Shown here: in pieces, positions 24,505 through 35,470 of the stretch | Layout: the number at the start of each line of letters is the position of its first letter | How positions within the stretch are numbered: position 1 is the stretch's first letter | NCBI GenBank assembly: GCA_964247055.1 | Contig: OZ176051.1 | Span: forward strand, 11,470,001-11,534,000 | Length of the DNA: 64,000 bases | Direction: 5' to 3' | DNA from: Paragordius varius | Taxonomy: Eukaryota > Animalia > Nematomorpha | Translations under genes and position numbers: made by a program | The notes under the pieces: model-generated | What the model was told of the DNA's origin: nothing | The model's input: the letters and a program-made list of their open reading frames with translations, nothing else | Database searches by the model: none

Positions 24505-26590
24505 CGATTTCAAATATGATTATTTTTACTTATTTTCGATTGCGCCGAACATAGTCGGTTTGCTTTTTTAATTTAGGCCCTATTTTTACCCGCTCACCCC
24601 GTAAAATGCCATATTTTTCAAAAAAACTAAGTCCACAAAAATAAAATTTTAAATCTATTCGCCCAAATTATGAGACCGTAAAAATTCAATAAGAATTCCA
24701 GGTACTACCTGTTAAAACGCACAAATTTTTGTCAAACGTTTCTTTGATGTTGGGTAAAAAAACTGATTCGTCATATCGAAATAGCGTTTTGGGGATAAAA
24801 ACCTATCAGGCCATATGAGTCTAATAGCTGCTTAAAATATTACCCGTAACAAGGCAAAAATTTAGATTGTGTGGTTTTCTAAAATTAACCGTTAATTAGG
24901 CCATTCACCCCCTGAAAAATGCGCCACCATAGATTGATTTTTTAATTTTGAGGCAATTTTACAAAAACTAATGAGAGCATATGGAATCAATCATGATTCC
25001 AGGTATCTCCGTAAAAAGGCAAAAATTTTAATCAAGCGCTTTTTTGTATCAGCCTCTGGGTAGGGAGCTACCGCCTAAAACTGAGCCACTATATCAAAAT
25101 TGGTTGTTTAGGAGTTAATTTTCAGAAATCCTCCATACTTTATAAGGGCCTTATATAATACCTATAAAAAGGCAAAAATTTAATTCGAGCGGTTTTTTAA
25201 ATTAGCCATTAATTAGGCTCTTTACGCCCTAAAAATGCGCTATCAGTGAACTATTATTTAGTTTTGAAGCCATTCTTTAAAAAAAGAACATATGGTATAA
25301 ATGACAGGCATTCCCCTTTAAAGTTAAATTTTTTATCGAACATCTTTTTTATATTGGCCTTTGGGTAGGGGGTTACCCGCCTACAACTGCCTTACCATAT
25401 CGATACAGCGTGACTTTGGAGGCAAATTTTAGAAAACTTATCAGACCATAGGAGTTTAGTAAGGGCTTGAAATATTACCCGTAAGCAAAAATTTAAGTTA
25501 CCTTGCCCTAAAAATGCCACCATAGAATGATTTTTAGGTTTTGAGGCAATTTTTCGAAAATATCACGAGAGTATATGGAATCAGTCATGATTCCAGGTAT
25601 TACCCGAATTAAGGCAAAAATTTTAATCGAGCGTTATTTGTTTCGCCCCTGGTTAGGGGGCTACCCGCATAAAAATGCGATTCCATATCGACACAGCATG
25701 CCTTTGGAGCGAAAATTTCTGTAAACCTATGTGCCTAATGAATATATGGAATTCCTGATAATACCAGATTATCCCCATATAAAGTCAAAATTTTGCTCAA
25801 CGCTTTTATATACCTGCCACTGGGTAAGGGTACCCGAAAAACAGTGCCACTATATAGAAATTGCGTTGCTTTGGAGCTAATTTACAGAAAATTTATGAAG
25901 CCATATGAGTTCATTAAAAGCTTGAAATATTACCCGTAACTAGATTAAAAAATTTCAGGCGATTTTTAATTAGTCTTTAATTTGGGGCCTTTATGCCACT
26001 AAAAATACGCCATCATATAACGATTATTTAGTGTTGAGGTATTTTTTCGAATACGTGAGACGATTGCATCAAAGATGATTCCGAATATTTGCTTTATAAA
26101 GGCAACGAATTATAGGTCTATTCGGGGTCTACCGGTTTAAAACTCAGACGCCATACAAAAATGCCCTGGTTTTGGAGCTGATTAAAACACTTAAGAACAC
26201 ATACGAGTTCTGTCAAGCACATTTGTGGCGAATTTGAAATCATTCTTTCCTTTAAAAAGGGACCAAAAATGAGTTACTTTTTATATCCCTTGATCCCAGC
26301 TGTGTAAACACAATTTCAAAATAAAACTTTTAACCATAATTTCGTAAAATAAAATCTTAAATAAAATCCAATGATAGTTGAATATTAACTTTCATAAGGG
26401 GCAGATTAAATATGGTCGATTTCGAGTAAACAATATTTGATCCTATGCAAAAACCCGTAAAAGAATAATTAAAGACATTTTTTATTTAATATGTTTTTCA
26501 TTATTTTATCTCCATTACCTCTATTTTTTGCAAATTATTAAGAATAATTATCGTTGAGACTACATCACAGCGAAGCGTTGGAGCTTGTTG
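24505..26590 (+). mobile_element. Helitron family C, copy 2 (inverted partner of copy 1)
   Basis: Colinear with the reverse complement of 23275-24300. Ends cacagcgaagcgttggagcttg. Internal ~155-170 bp diverged tandem units. Confidence 0.85.
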
Positions 26591-27119
26591 TTAAATCAAT
26601 TATAAACCATTCTCATATAAACAGCAATGATTCGCATATATGATGGAACATCAGAATAATTTTATTAAATTCAAAACAAATCGGCCTAAGATAAAACCAT
26701 AAATGCATAAAATTTATTATAGATATAGTGTTTCGGATAGCCAACAGCTAGAAACCAATAAAAACTACGGATGCGATGATTTATAATATTTTAAGACAAT
26801 AAATTAAAATAAAAATAGCAAAAGTTATGAATGGATGATTTTAAACATACCATTTATTTAATAAATATAACTTCTTTTCCCGTTAACCAATATGTTTGAA
26901 ATATAGTCAAATAAAATTAACGTTGAATAGTTAAAATTAACATAGTATATGGAAACTCACCAGTTTTAGGATGCAGATATATGGGTCACGTTGCATTTAT
27001 ACAATAAAATGTTAATTGATCATCTTGTTTTACAATTCATTAATCATAAGGGCTAAAACTTCCAAATAATAGATATAAAATTTATAATAAATGGTAAAAT
27101 CATATTGTTTTATATAAAT

Positions 27120-27618
27120 CAAAATCTCCTTACCCAGCAGCCATAAAAAACGCGCGACTAAAATTTTTGCCTTTTAACAGGGAATACCTTGAGTCCTCAT
27201 TGATATTTTACGGTCTCATACCTTGGGCTAAAAATAGATTCAAAAATTTATTTTTGTAGACTTGTTTTTTTTGAAAAAAGGGCATACGGGGGGAGCCGGC
27301 AAAAAGAGGGCCTAAATTAAAAAAGCGAGCCGACTATGTTCGGCGCAATCGAAAATAAGTAAAAAAAATATTTGAAATCGAATGGTCCAAGACGTTTTCC
27401 GGAAAATTGTCTCAAAGACACGATTTTCGTGGACTTGTGTTTTCCAAAAAATCATTTTTTACACGGGTGGGCCCAAACTGGGGGCCTAATTCAAAAAAAG
27501 GGCGCTATTGTCGGGGTATTCATTAATAATTAAATTTTTCTACTTTGGATTTGAATGGTACCGGTCTTCCGGAAACAGATCACAAAGACAGCATTTTTTA
27601 TTTTTATAAATAAATAGT
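27120..27618 (-). mobile_element. Helitron family C, copy 3 (5' ~500 bp)
   Basis: Reverse complement of the 5' part seen at 36490, 56341 and 58178. Confidence 0.8.
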
Positions 27619-28400
27619 TTTCAGTAAGAATGTCTTTGTGTCCCTTTGATTTGTCTATACCAGAGTGTTTAATAGCATAAACTTCTTCTTTTATTAGGTG
27701 GGTCTTTCTCTTGAGGAGGTACTTGGATAATATAGGAGTTATTCACGTCGTTAAGTTTTCTTATATGATTAAGCCAAAGTGCGCGAATTTCATCTTTTTC
27801 GGTGACAATAGAGTTTTCCTCGTTTCTCATAGGACCCTTGTGCTAAGTATTTTTGTGTGGAATAATAATCTTTGCATGAAAATGGTTAAGGTAATTTTAG
27901 GCGTCTGTTTCTATTTAGCATAGTTGGGGTAATAACTATTTTGCTCTCTTGCACTCTTTTTACGCTGTTTGGTTGTTTGTAGCCTTTCCATTTGCATTTA
28001 ATTTTGGCTCTATACACTTTTCTGGGATGAAAAGACATTTTGTTTTGAAACTTTTACTTTTTGTTTAATATGTTTGTGAGGCTGAATAGATTCGTCGACT
28101 GTATCTCTGCAAATGGTGTGTATCGCGTTCCAAAAGGAATGGGTTGTGACAGTTTTCGCAAGACACTCGATAAGATTTAATAAAGCGGTGCTAAACTTAT
28201 CGTCGATTGTGTCATAATGTACTCTTGGTCTGGCGAGTTTGATTTTGGGAAGTTGTTTAATGCAGAATTAAGAAGTTGTGGTCACTGTCATTCCAATCCC
28301 GGCAAGCACTTCATTATGGAATGAACTTTTATATTTTTCCATATCTAATATGAGTCAATATTACGGTATCTTTGATACGGTGAACGCCATGTGTATAAAC
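27619..28400 (-). mobile_element. RTE-like LINE fragment (endonuclease end plus linker), inverted
   Basis: Minus strand RDWNDSDHNFLI (endonuclease SDH motif), FWNAIHTIC and EKDEIRALWLNHI. Confidence 0.55.
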
Positions 28401-29065
28401 GTCGTTCAGGTTGTTTAAAATTGTGTACGAAGAGACGATGAATCTCTCAAAAACAAAGATAATGCAAACTAACCCAAAAGTTGCAAACGCTTCAATAATT
28501 GTTAACAGTTCTATTGAAACAGTCAAAAGTTACACATATCTCGAGATTTTAATACCTGATGATAATAATTGTGCTCCCAAGACAACGGAGGGTAGCTATG
28601 GCCAAAACGGCCAATAAATTATAACAAAATTCGGGCATCCCATGATGTTAGACAACAAAAATTCGACCACTAATGCAATCATTTTTCTAACCTTCCTCTA
28701 CGGTCTGAAGGTTGGACTCAAAATAATCCGACCACGGACAATAAACTCCTTTAAACTCTGGTTGTGAGAAAACTCTTGCAAATAAAATGGACGAATAAAA
28801 TAACCAACATCGAAATTTTAAATAAAATTAATCCCGATATGTCATTGCTTGCAACGTCCATCACCAAATTATCCTACTTTGACCACAATATATGATCTAA
28901 CACACTGGAAAAATCCTTGATGTTGCGAAAAATTAGTGGTACTCCTAAAAGGGGCCGAAGAAGGATAAGTGGAATGGACAAAATTATACAAGAAACCCAT
29001 GCAACCTTGGCAGAACTCAACATTAAAACTAAGAATCGCAACCTATGAATAAGTTTTATTTACAA
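28400..29065 (+). mobile_element. RTE-like LINE 3' fragment; its tail continues at 31840-31872 with a (CA)n run
   Basis: MNLSKTKIM, IETVKSYTYL, LQIKWTNKITNIEILNKI and GTPKRGRRRI. Confidence 0.75.
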
Positions 29066-30805
29066 CAGGGGTGCCCAACAGGGTACTCGCGAGCCACTAG
29101 TGGTTATTGAAAATTTCGAGTGCCTCTTTGAAAATTTGGAAAAAAAAATAATTTCTAATTTTTTTTAAAAAATTTTTATATGTAAATTATGCATTTTTAT
29201 TTTGACATTTAAATTATTTTAGAAACTTTTAATAAAATTCTTTATTATGAATATCTATCAATGCATTCATTTAATCATTTATAAAACACATTTTTTCCTG
29301 CATGTTATTTCCAATTTCAAGATTAACTTTTACATTAAATTAAAACATCAAATTACCAAAAAATAGGTATTAAAATAATTTATTTAGCTTTCTTACCAAT
29401 ACTGGGAATTATAAATAAAATCCATCGAATAAATTATTTGCAAAAAATAGGTATTTAAAATAATTTATATAGCTTTCATACCAATACTGGGAAATATAAT
29501 TTGGGTCCATTGAAACATTAAATTAATCGCAAAAAAAAGGTATTTAAAATAATTTATTTAGCTTTCAATATGCATAAATCTAAAAGAGTAACTATAAAAT
29601 ACAATCCCGACTGGGATTAAAATATATGTTTATAACAAAGCGGAGTGCCTTATTTGCAAATTTACGAAACGGGTTTCGAATATAATTTAAAAATACATGC
29701 CAATACCATGCATTTGGATTTTATTAATAGACTACAGAAATGAAAATAATAAAATTAGAATCTGTAAAAAATATTAATAATCTCAAACCAACAATTTCAT
29801 GCACGCAACCTTATCCGATAGTAAAGGCAACTTATATGTTGCCACGCCAAAAAAAATGAAGCCTTATTCTGATGGTGAGTGTGTAAAGGAATGCGTACTG
29901 GAAATTATAAAATGTGTTTTGCCTAATAAAGTTGAATTAATATTCAGTATAAGTTCGCGCAATACTATGTGTCGACGAATTACAGACATCGCGGAAGAAA
30001 TTCAACTTTTCCTAAATTCAAATTGTGGCGTTTTCCTTGTCATTTGATGAAAGCACAGATATAAGCAACATATCACAAGTAGTCTTTATTCGAGGTATAG
30101 ATGAATTTTTTAATATCACAGAAGATATGTTAGGCATACTTCCGATGAAAAATACAACTAAGGGAGATGATATGTTTCATGCAATTTAAAAATATATTGT
30201 GGACAATAAAAATAAGAGGGGGCTATCTTGTTTGACAACAGATGGTGCCCCAACTATGATGGGAAAAAACAAGGGAACCGGTTAAATAAGATGGAATCCG
30301 ATGGTATTAATGTTGACTATATATATATAATGCATTGCATGATTCACCGTGAATCTCTGCGCACATGCTTTGACAATGGACAATGTTGTGACCGTTGTTA
30401 TTAAAGTAGTTAATTTTATAAAATCTCATGCTTTGAAGCATAGGCAGTTTAAGGATTTAAAGAAATTCATTCAGAATATGATTCATATGAAGATCTTATA
30501 TTTTTTTCAAATATAAGGTGGCTTAGTCGAGGAAAATGTCTAAAAGGTTTTAATTATTAAAAGAAATAAAAAATTTTCTATTGCAGAATAATTATTTGGT
30601 AGAGGAATTAACCAATGAAGATTGGTTGTCAGATTTATGCTTTCCCGTAGATATTACCGAAAAACTAAATCGTTATAATATTTGGTTGAATTTTGGTATT
30701 ATCGGTTGTCCAATATGGACTCTAAGCTCTATAATATTCATTTCCCCGACTCTATTGGGTTTCAATGTAAAACTCAATATATATACAAGTACCCGTGCTC
30801 ATTAT

Positions 30806-30849
30806 GTGTGGCTGATGAGTCCACAAAAAGGACGAAACGCGTCTCACAC
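30806..30849 (+). ncRNA. Minimal type I hammerhead ribozyme (Penelope-like-element type)
   Basis: gtgtgg (stem I), CTGATGA, GTCC acaaaaa GGAC (stem II), GAAA, C GC G (palindromic stem III ACGCGT), TC^, tcacac (stem I). The full catalytic core is present; predicted cleavage after 30843. Confidence 0.85.
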
Positions 30850-31747
30850 TATGACACGTGGTAAACACTGTCAACAAAATTTGGTTTCTCATAGTCTCTG
30901 TTGCTAATTAGGATACACTAATATATCCAACCTGCAACTCGGTAGACTAACTATCTATACTCCTCTTGATTTATTGTGAATGCCATTTAAAAAAAATAAT
31001 GCTAAACATTTCCCAGAATCGAATAGATTTAAAGCTAGTAAAACTGACGATTTTTCAAAATATGCAGATCAAATTAACATATTATCAAAACCTTTTAACA
31101 ATCGATACGGGGATATGACAATATATGAAAAAATATTTGATTTATTTTGTTGCCCATTCTACGTTGAAGCTATCAACGCTCTTATTAATTTACAGAATTA
31201 CTAGATTTGCAATCCAATAATGAATTAAAATTATTATTTAAGCAAACAAATAAAATTGAATTTTATAAAAAATATATAACGTTTGATAAATTTCCTAATT
31301 AAAGAATTTTTGCACAAAGATTAATTCGTGCTTTTGGGTCCAATTATCTTTGTGAAAGTTTTTTCTAAAATGAAATACACAAAATCTCTTTCACGTTCAT
31401 TATTAACTGATGAAAATTATTAAGATGTGCTATATCAAATATTGATATATACCTGAATAAGCAAAAAAATTACAAAACAAATATAACATTAAAAATTTAA
31501 TTATGCAATGAAAAATATATATTTCTTTTAATTTTATTAGATAAAAAAAGTTTACATTTTGGCGATTAAATTCGCCACAGTCTACTCTAGTCATACTATC
31601 GAATTGCAATAATATCTTTTTTTTACATATTGATATAAATTAATTAGCAAAGCATTATTATATTTATACTGTTTATTTTCTTTTTGATATGAAAATTAGC
31701 ACATCTATATTTTAATATAATAAATTTATTTGTTACCAATGTCTTGA

Positions 31748-31766
31748 TATATATATATATATATAT
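31748..31766. repeat. (TA)n microsatellite
   Basis: TA run inside the hAT right end. Confidence 0.9.
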
Positions 31767-31879
31767 AAATAAAAAGGGCTCTTTGGAATTATGAGGTCGA
31801 AAAGGTGGCTCTTCAAGCCTTTTGTGTTGGACACCCCTGATTTACAATATTGCAAAAATCCACCTCGACTGTAGCAACA

Positions 31880-32340
31880 CACACACACACGCTTCAACAA
31901 AATTTTGTTAAAATTAAATTTAAAAAATAATTTTTAAAAAATATTTTAAGTCGATATTAGAATTTGCATTAAAAATTTTATGGCAATCCCCGCATTTTTG
32001 CGTTTATTTTAAGACCTGCCCATAAAGAGCCAAAAAATTTGGTACTTTAGATGCATTAATCTCAAAATAATTTTTTTAAAAATATTGTTTTGCTATTTAG
32101 TTTATAACATATTTTAGTGATATTTTTGGAACGAAGCTCTTAGCTTTCAAAAAAATTTATTTAAAAAATGTGCGGAAGTTTTGCCATTTTCTGATCTAGA
32201 ACTATTGCCACAAAAGTGTAGATACCTTTATAAAACGACTCGTAAAGCCAAAACCAAAAGCACTATGATAATCCCGATAAAATTTCTCGTCAGAATATAT
32301 ATATTATATAAGGTTATATTTTTTTGTGGACCTGTGTTAT
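31880..32340 (+). repeat. Family F copy
   Basis: Same blocks as 9690-10110 and 53960-54400. Confidence 0.7.
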
Positions 32341-32449
32341 TTTTAAGTAAACATACTTTTTTCTATAAATTTTTATTTATATACGATAATTTAAAGGAAA
32401 TAATAAGAAAATTACAGAGGGTAACAAATATAATATGTGTTTCCCAAAA

Positions 32450-32650
32450 TGGGAGTTAGGCACCCTAGGTGCGAACCAAAATTATCTCAAATTGCCTTGC
32501 GTATTTTGTACTTTTTGTATCAATGCCTTTATGTGAAACTGGTTTCTCAGCCCTATACAAAGTTAAAATTGATTAGGATTTCTAGTGTAAATCAAGATTT
32601 TTCCAGCGTTTTGGATAATATCAGTAACATTTGCATTAACAATTTAGGTG
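32450..32650 (+). mobile_element. hAT transposase C-terminal (dimerisation domain) remnant
   Basis: KLSQIALRIL followed by LCETGFSAL, resembling the ZBED5/8-Charlie C-terminus. Confidence 0.55.
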
Positions 32651-32899
32651 ATATATTGAAATGTAGAGGTAACATGATAAGACCCAAGGTTACTTTATAA
32701 TTCTGATTTTTTTATAAAACACAGTTTATATTTAACTTATTTAATAAGACGAACGAATATTTTAATCAAAACTCTGAGATGATTGTTCAACATCATGGAA
32801 TGATATGAAAACACTGTTTTTTTATTATCTTAAATCGTTTTTATACAGTTTCCATCATGCCTCAAATTATTATGAAATACGCTTCAATAGAACGCTAAT

Positions 32900-33200
32900 T
32901 TGTGGCATTTGTGGGTTTAATTTAATAGAATTAGCCCATTTAGAAAAGAAAAAAAATTCGGCTTTCGGAAGCCGCACCTAAAATTATTTTTTTTAAAAAG
33001 TTTTCCTTTTATATGTAGTTTATGACATATTTTAGTGATATTTTTTGGAAGGAAGCATTAGTATTTCACCAAAAAAATTTTATTCAAAAAATTTGTAAAA
33101 ATTTTGCCATTTTAAATAACTATACTCGTCAGGTACAAAGCCAAAAGCACATGATAATGATACATTTTTCTATCATTATATTTCATCAGCATATTTTTTT
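32900..33200 (+). repeat. Family F copy
   Basis: Contains tatgacatattttagtgatatttttt and gccaaaagcacatgataat blocks. Confidence 0.65.
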
Positions 33201-33681
33201 GTAGATATATAGGATAATACTTTATTAACCTAATCTTAGAGTGCAAGGCTAAGATATAATGTATTTGTGTTGTATATGCTCCAAATTAATACAATAAATC
33301 ATAAATTTTTACAAGGGCCTGATATTTTCCTTCTCAGTATTATATAAGTGGTGTACTATAAATTTCGAGCCCATGTGTGCACATAATATATCATTTATAT
33401 CAAGAAATGATTTCGTCAATTTATTCCATACACATGTTGGCCAATTCACATTATTGTGAGCCAATTTGAAATACTAGCGTATGACCAATCTAAAACAAAG
33501 ACAGTCCATAAAACAAATTTTATACTGTCGAATAAAATATATGTTTCAACCATTTGTTGTTTTCCCATACTCTTTTATATTGCCAATTGGCTGAAATGTG
33601 AATTGGCCAACATAAATGTGCATACTGTATATTAATAATAGCATAAGATTAGATGAGATGATATGATATGATGTATGTCTA

Positions 33682-34133
33682 TTATCCCACGGTAGTGGCC
33701 GCCGTCGTAGTAGTCGTAGCCGTCGTAGTCGAGACCGTCGTGGTCGAAGCCGTTGTGGTTGTAACCGTCGTGCTACTTGTGGTAGACGCTGTTGTGGAGG
33801 CTGTAGTTGCTGTACTAACGGTTGAAATAGAGCTGCTGCTTGTTCCCCCCAAAATTGTTCCGCCTGATAAGACTGTAGTACTGGGCGTCGTTGTACTTAA
33901 TGTTGAGGTTTGTTTTGGAGCTCGACTCCTCCTGGATACGACGCGTGGTATGAAAGGAAGGCGTGTTCTAGAGTTTGGTTTGCGGGTTCTCTTAGTCCGT
34001 ACCGTCCGTCGAAATAAACGGGTTGTAGTTAATAATCGGGGTCTTCTGGCGCGGGAAGTAATCTGAGGCCCTCGGCAAAAAGGACGACATCTATAAGGAT
34101 TCTTTGGGCACCTACGAGCAATAGGCATGCATC
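33682..34133 (-). CDS. Secreted Cys/Arg-rich, Thr-tailed protein, paralog 1, exon 2 (gene 33682-34289, 175 aa)
   Basis: actatag| (R)CMPIARRCPKNPYRCRPFC...TRLFRRTVRTKRTR...Thr/Ser-rich tail, stop TAA at 33682-33684. Clear paralog at 60605. Confidence 0.85.
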
Positions 34134-34213
34134 CTATAGTAACATGCATAATTATTAAATTTAAGCTTTCAAAACGCTAAATAGTAAAAAAACTAGAGCT
34201 ATAATCAATATAC

Positions 34214-34289
34214 TTATTCTTTGGGCTTCGCTTGTCCACATCAAAAATACGGTTATAATAGTCGTTAAGAAAATTTTTGCGCACCACAT
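34214..34289 (-). CDS. Paralog 1, exon 1 (signal peptide)
   Basis: MWCAKIFLTTIITVFLMWTSEAQRI a|gtatat. An 80-bp phase-1 intron joins in frame to exon 2. Confidence 0.8.
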
Positions 34290-34340
34290 TTGTTAAGAAA
34301 TTAGTATAATTAAAAAAATAAAAAATATACTTGACTCACG

Positions 34341-34347
34341 CTTTATA
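34341..34347 (-). promoter_or_regulatory. Candidate TATA box (TATAAAG) for paralog 1
   Basis: About 55 nt upstream of the ATG at 34289. Confidence 0.45.
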
Positions 34348-34431
34348 TTGCACAACAAAATTATTATATAATATATTTTGGCTAACACAAATATTCTCCT
34401 CATTACCTTGATACAACTAGAATCTGAAACG

Positions 34432-34569
34432 ATGAAGATTACCAATATTTGTTTGTTAAATTTATATATTATTTATGCGTCAGGTCTGAAAGATAAAATA
34501 ATTCGACGAAGAAAGGTTTGCCATCACAAACAAAACTGTCAAAAAATCAAGGTTATATTCAATTTTTGA
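34432..34569 (+). CDS. Candidate small secreted cationic peptide, divergent from paralog 1
   Basis: MKITNICLLNLYIIYASG-LKDKIIRRRKVCHHKQNCQKIKVIFNF*. Weak signal peptide; possible donor aag|gttata at 34552. Confidence 0.3.
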   Translation: MKITNICLLNLYIIYASGLKDKIIRRRKVCHHKQNCQKIKVIFNF

Positions 34570-34749
34570 GCATATATTATAAATAAAATAACAAGGTTGT
34601 ATACCTTTCAGTTACACATAATTATTGTAAATATTGATATTATTTATTAACGATATTTATCCCAAGGATTGCAAGAGTTCAAATCTATTTTCGCATTGGG
34701 CAGGCGAGGTGCCATTTATCTTGATAATGTTTAAATTTTGATAGGATAG

Positions 34750-34905
34750 TTTGCTGCAAATGGTCGAAAAAGAATAAGGTGGATGGATTAAATATACTAA
34801 AAAAACCAATAGAATATTGGCAGAAACATCAAAACTAAAAATAGCAATCTATAGAGGAGTTTTATTTATAATGTTGAAAAAAGCCAACTTCGACTGTAAC
34901 ACATC
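34750..34905 (+). mobile_element. Short RTE 3'-end fragment
   Basis: Matches 28950-29065 plus 31848-31870 (gaataag.tgga.tgga, agttttattta, cgactgta.caca). Confidence 0.6.
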
Positions 34906-35286
34906 CTAAAACAAATTAATAATTTTATATTAAAACAAGTAGAAAGTATAAATTATAAAGCAAAAATAATTTTTTTTACATTCAATATAATGAAAAATTT
35001 AAAGGGTAAATTGTATCTGAAGCAACATGTATATTTCATTACTTTACTACAGAGGCAATATATTTTGTGATTTTAGTATCAATATTATATATTATACTAC
35101 TAGTACCAAACAACTTCATTCTAACCTAACAGTTTCATTCTACAAAAATCCGAAATCCGCATAATCCCATGTCAACTCTTATGAAAAAAACTATACACTA
35201 GAAACAATACAAAAATTAATATAAAAAAATTGAATTTAATATATTTAAAATATAACTATTCATTACCCCCAAGAAACTTATATTTT

Positions 35287-35470
35287 CAGTTTGCGTAAGT
35301 ATTTGGTAAAATTTCAATTATTGCCAAAAAGCATATACAACAAAGGGAAGTATTATTGGCTTATAGTTATTTTTTTTACTTTCCACTATTATCAGCCATA
35401 ATAACCTTTGCTGCATATGCCCTTTGGCAATAATCAATAACTTTCTAGCAATATATACTTACTCATACTG
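35287..35470. mobile_element. Hairpin MITE family H (CAGT...ACTG termini, Tc1/pogo-like)
   Basis: TIR CAGTTTGCGTAAGTAT vs ATACTTACTCATACTG (14/16 match); internal arms are palindromic; 184 bp. Confidence 0.7.

Larger units (their letters stand above)
29066..31839 (+). mobile_element. hAT (Buster/SPIN-type) transposon with decayed GTF2IRD2-like transposase
   Basis: TIRs CAGGGGTGCCCAA / TTGGACACCCCTG. Exact TSD ATTTACAA at 29058-29065 and 31840-31847. Motifs KPYSDGECVKEC, ESTDIS, TDGAPTM, HCMIHRE, IRWLSRGK, WLSDLCFPVDIT and FGSNYLCE. Confidence 0.93.

Noticed and set aside
24319-24519. Short ORFs recurring at 24319, 56283, 56437 and 58111
   Set aside because: They lie in Helitron family C repeats, are not frame-conserved between copies and occur on both strands.
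24780-26100. Regularly spaced motifs resembling a CRISPR array
   Set aside because: Units are ~160 bp and homologous along their whole length, with no unique spacers and no cas genes. This is a eukaryotic Helitron interior.
33668-34066. 132-aa Val-rich plus-strand ORF
   Set aside because: Antisense shadow of the Thr-rich ACN codons of paralog 1. The signal peptide, intron and paralog conservation are all on the minus strand.
34332-34338. AP-1 site TGACTCA in the divergent promoter (another at 55495-55501)
   Set aside because: A rough composition estimate predicts several chance copies of this 7-mer in 64 kb, so it is not informative alone.
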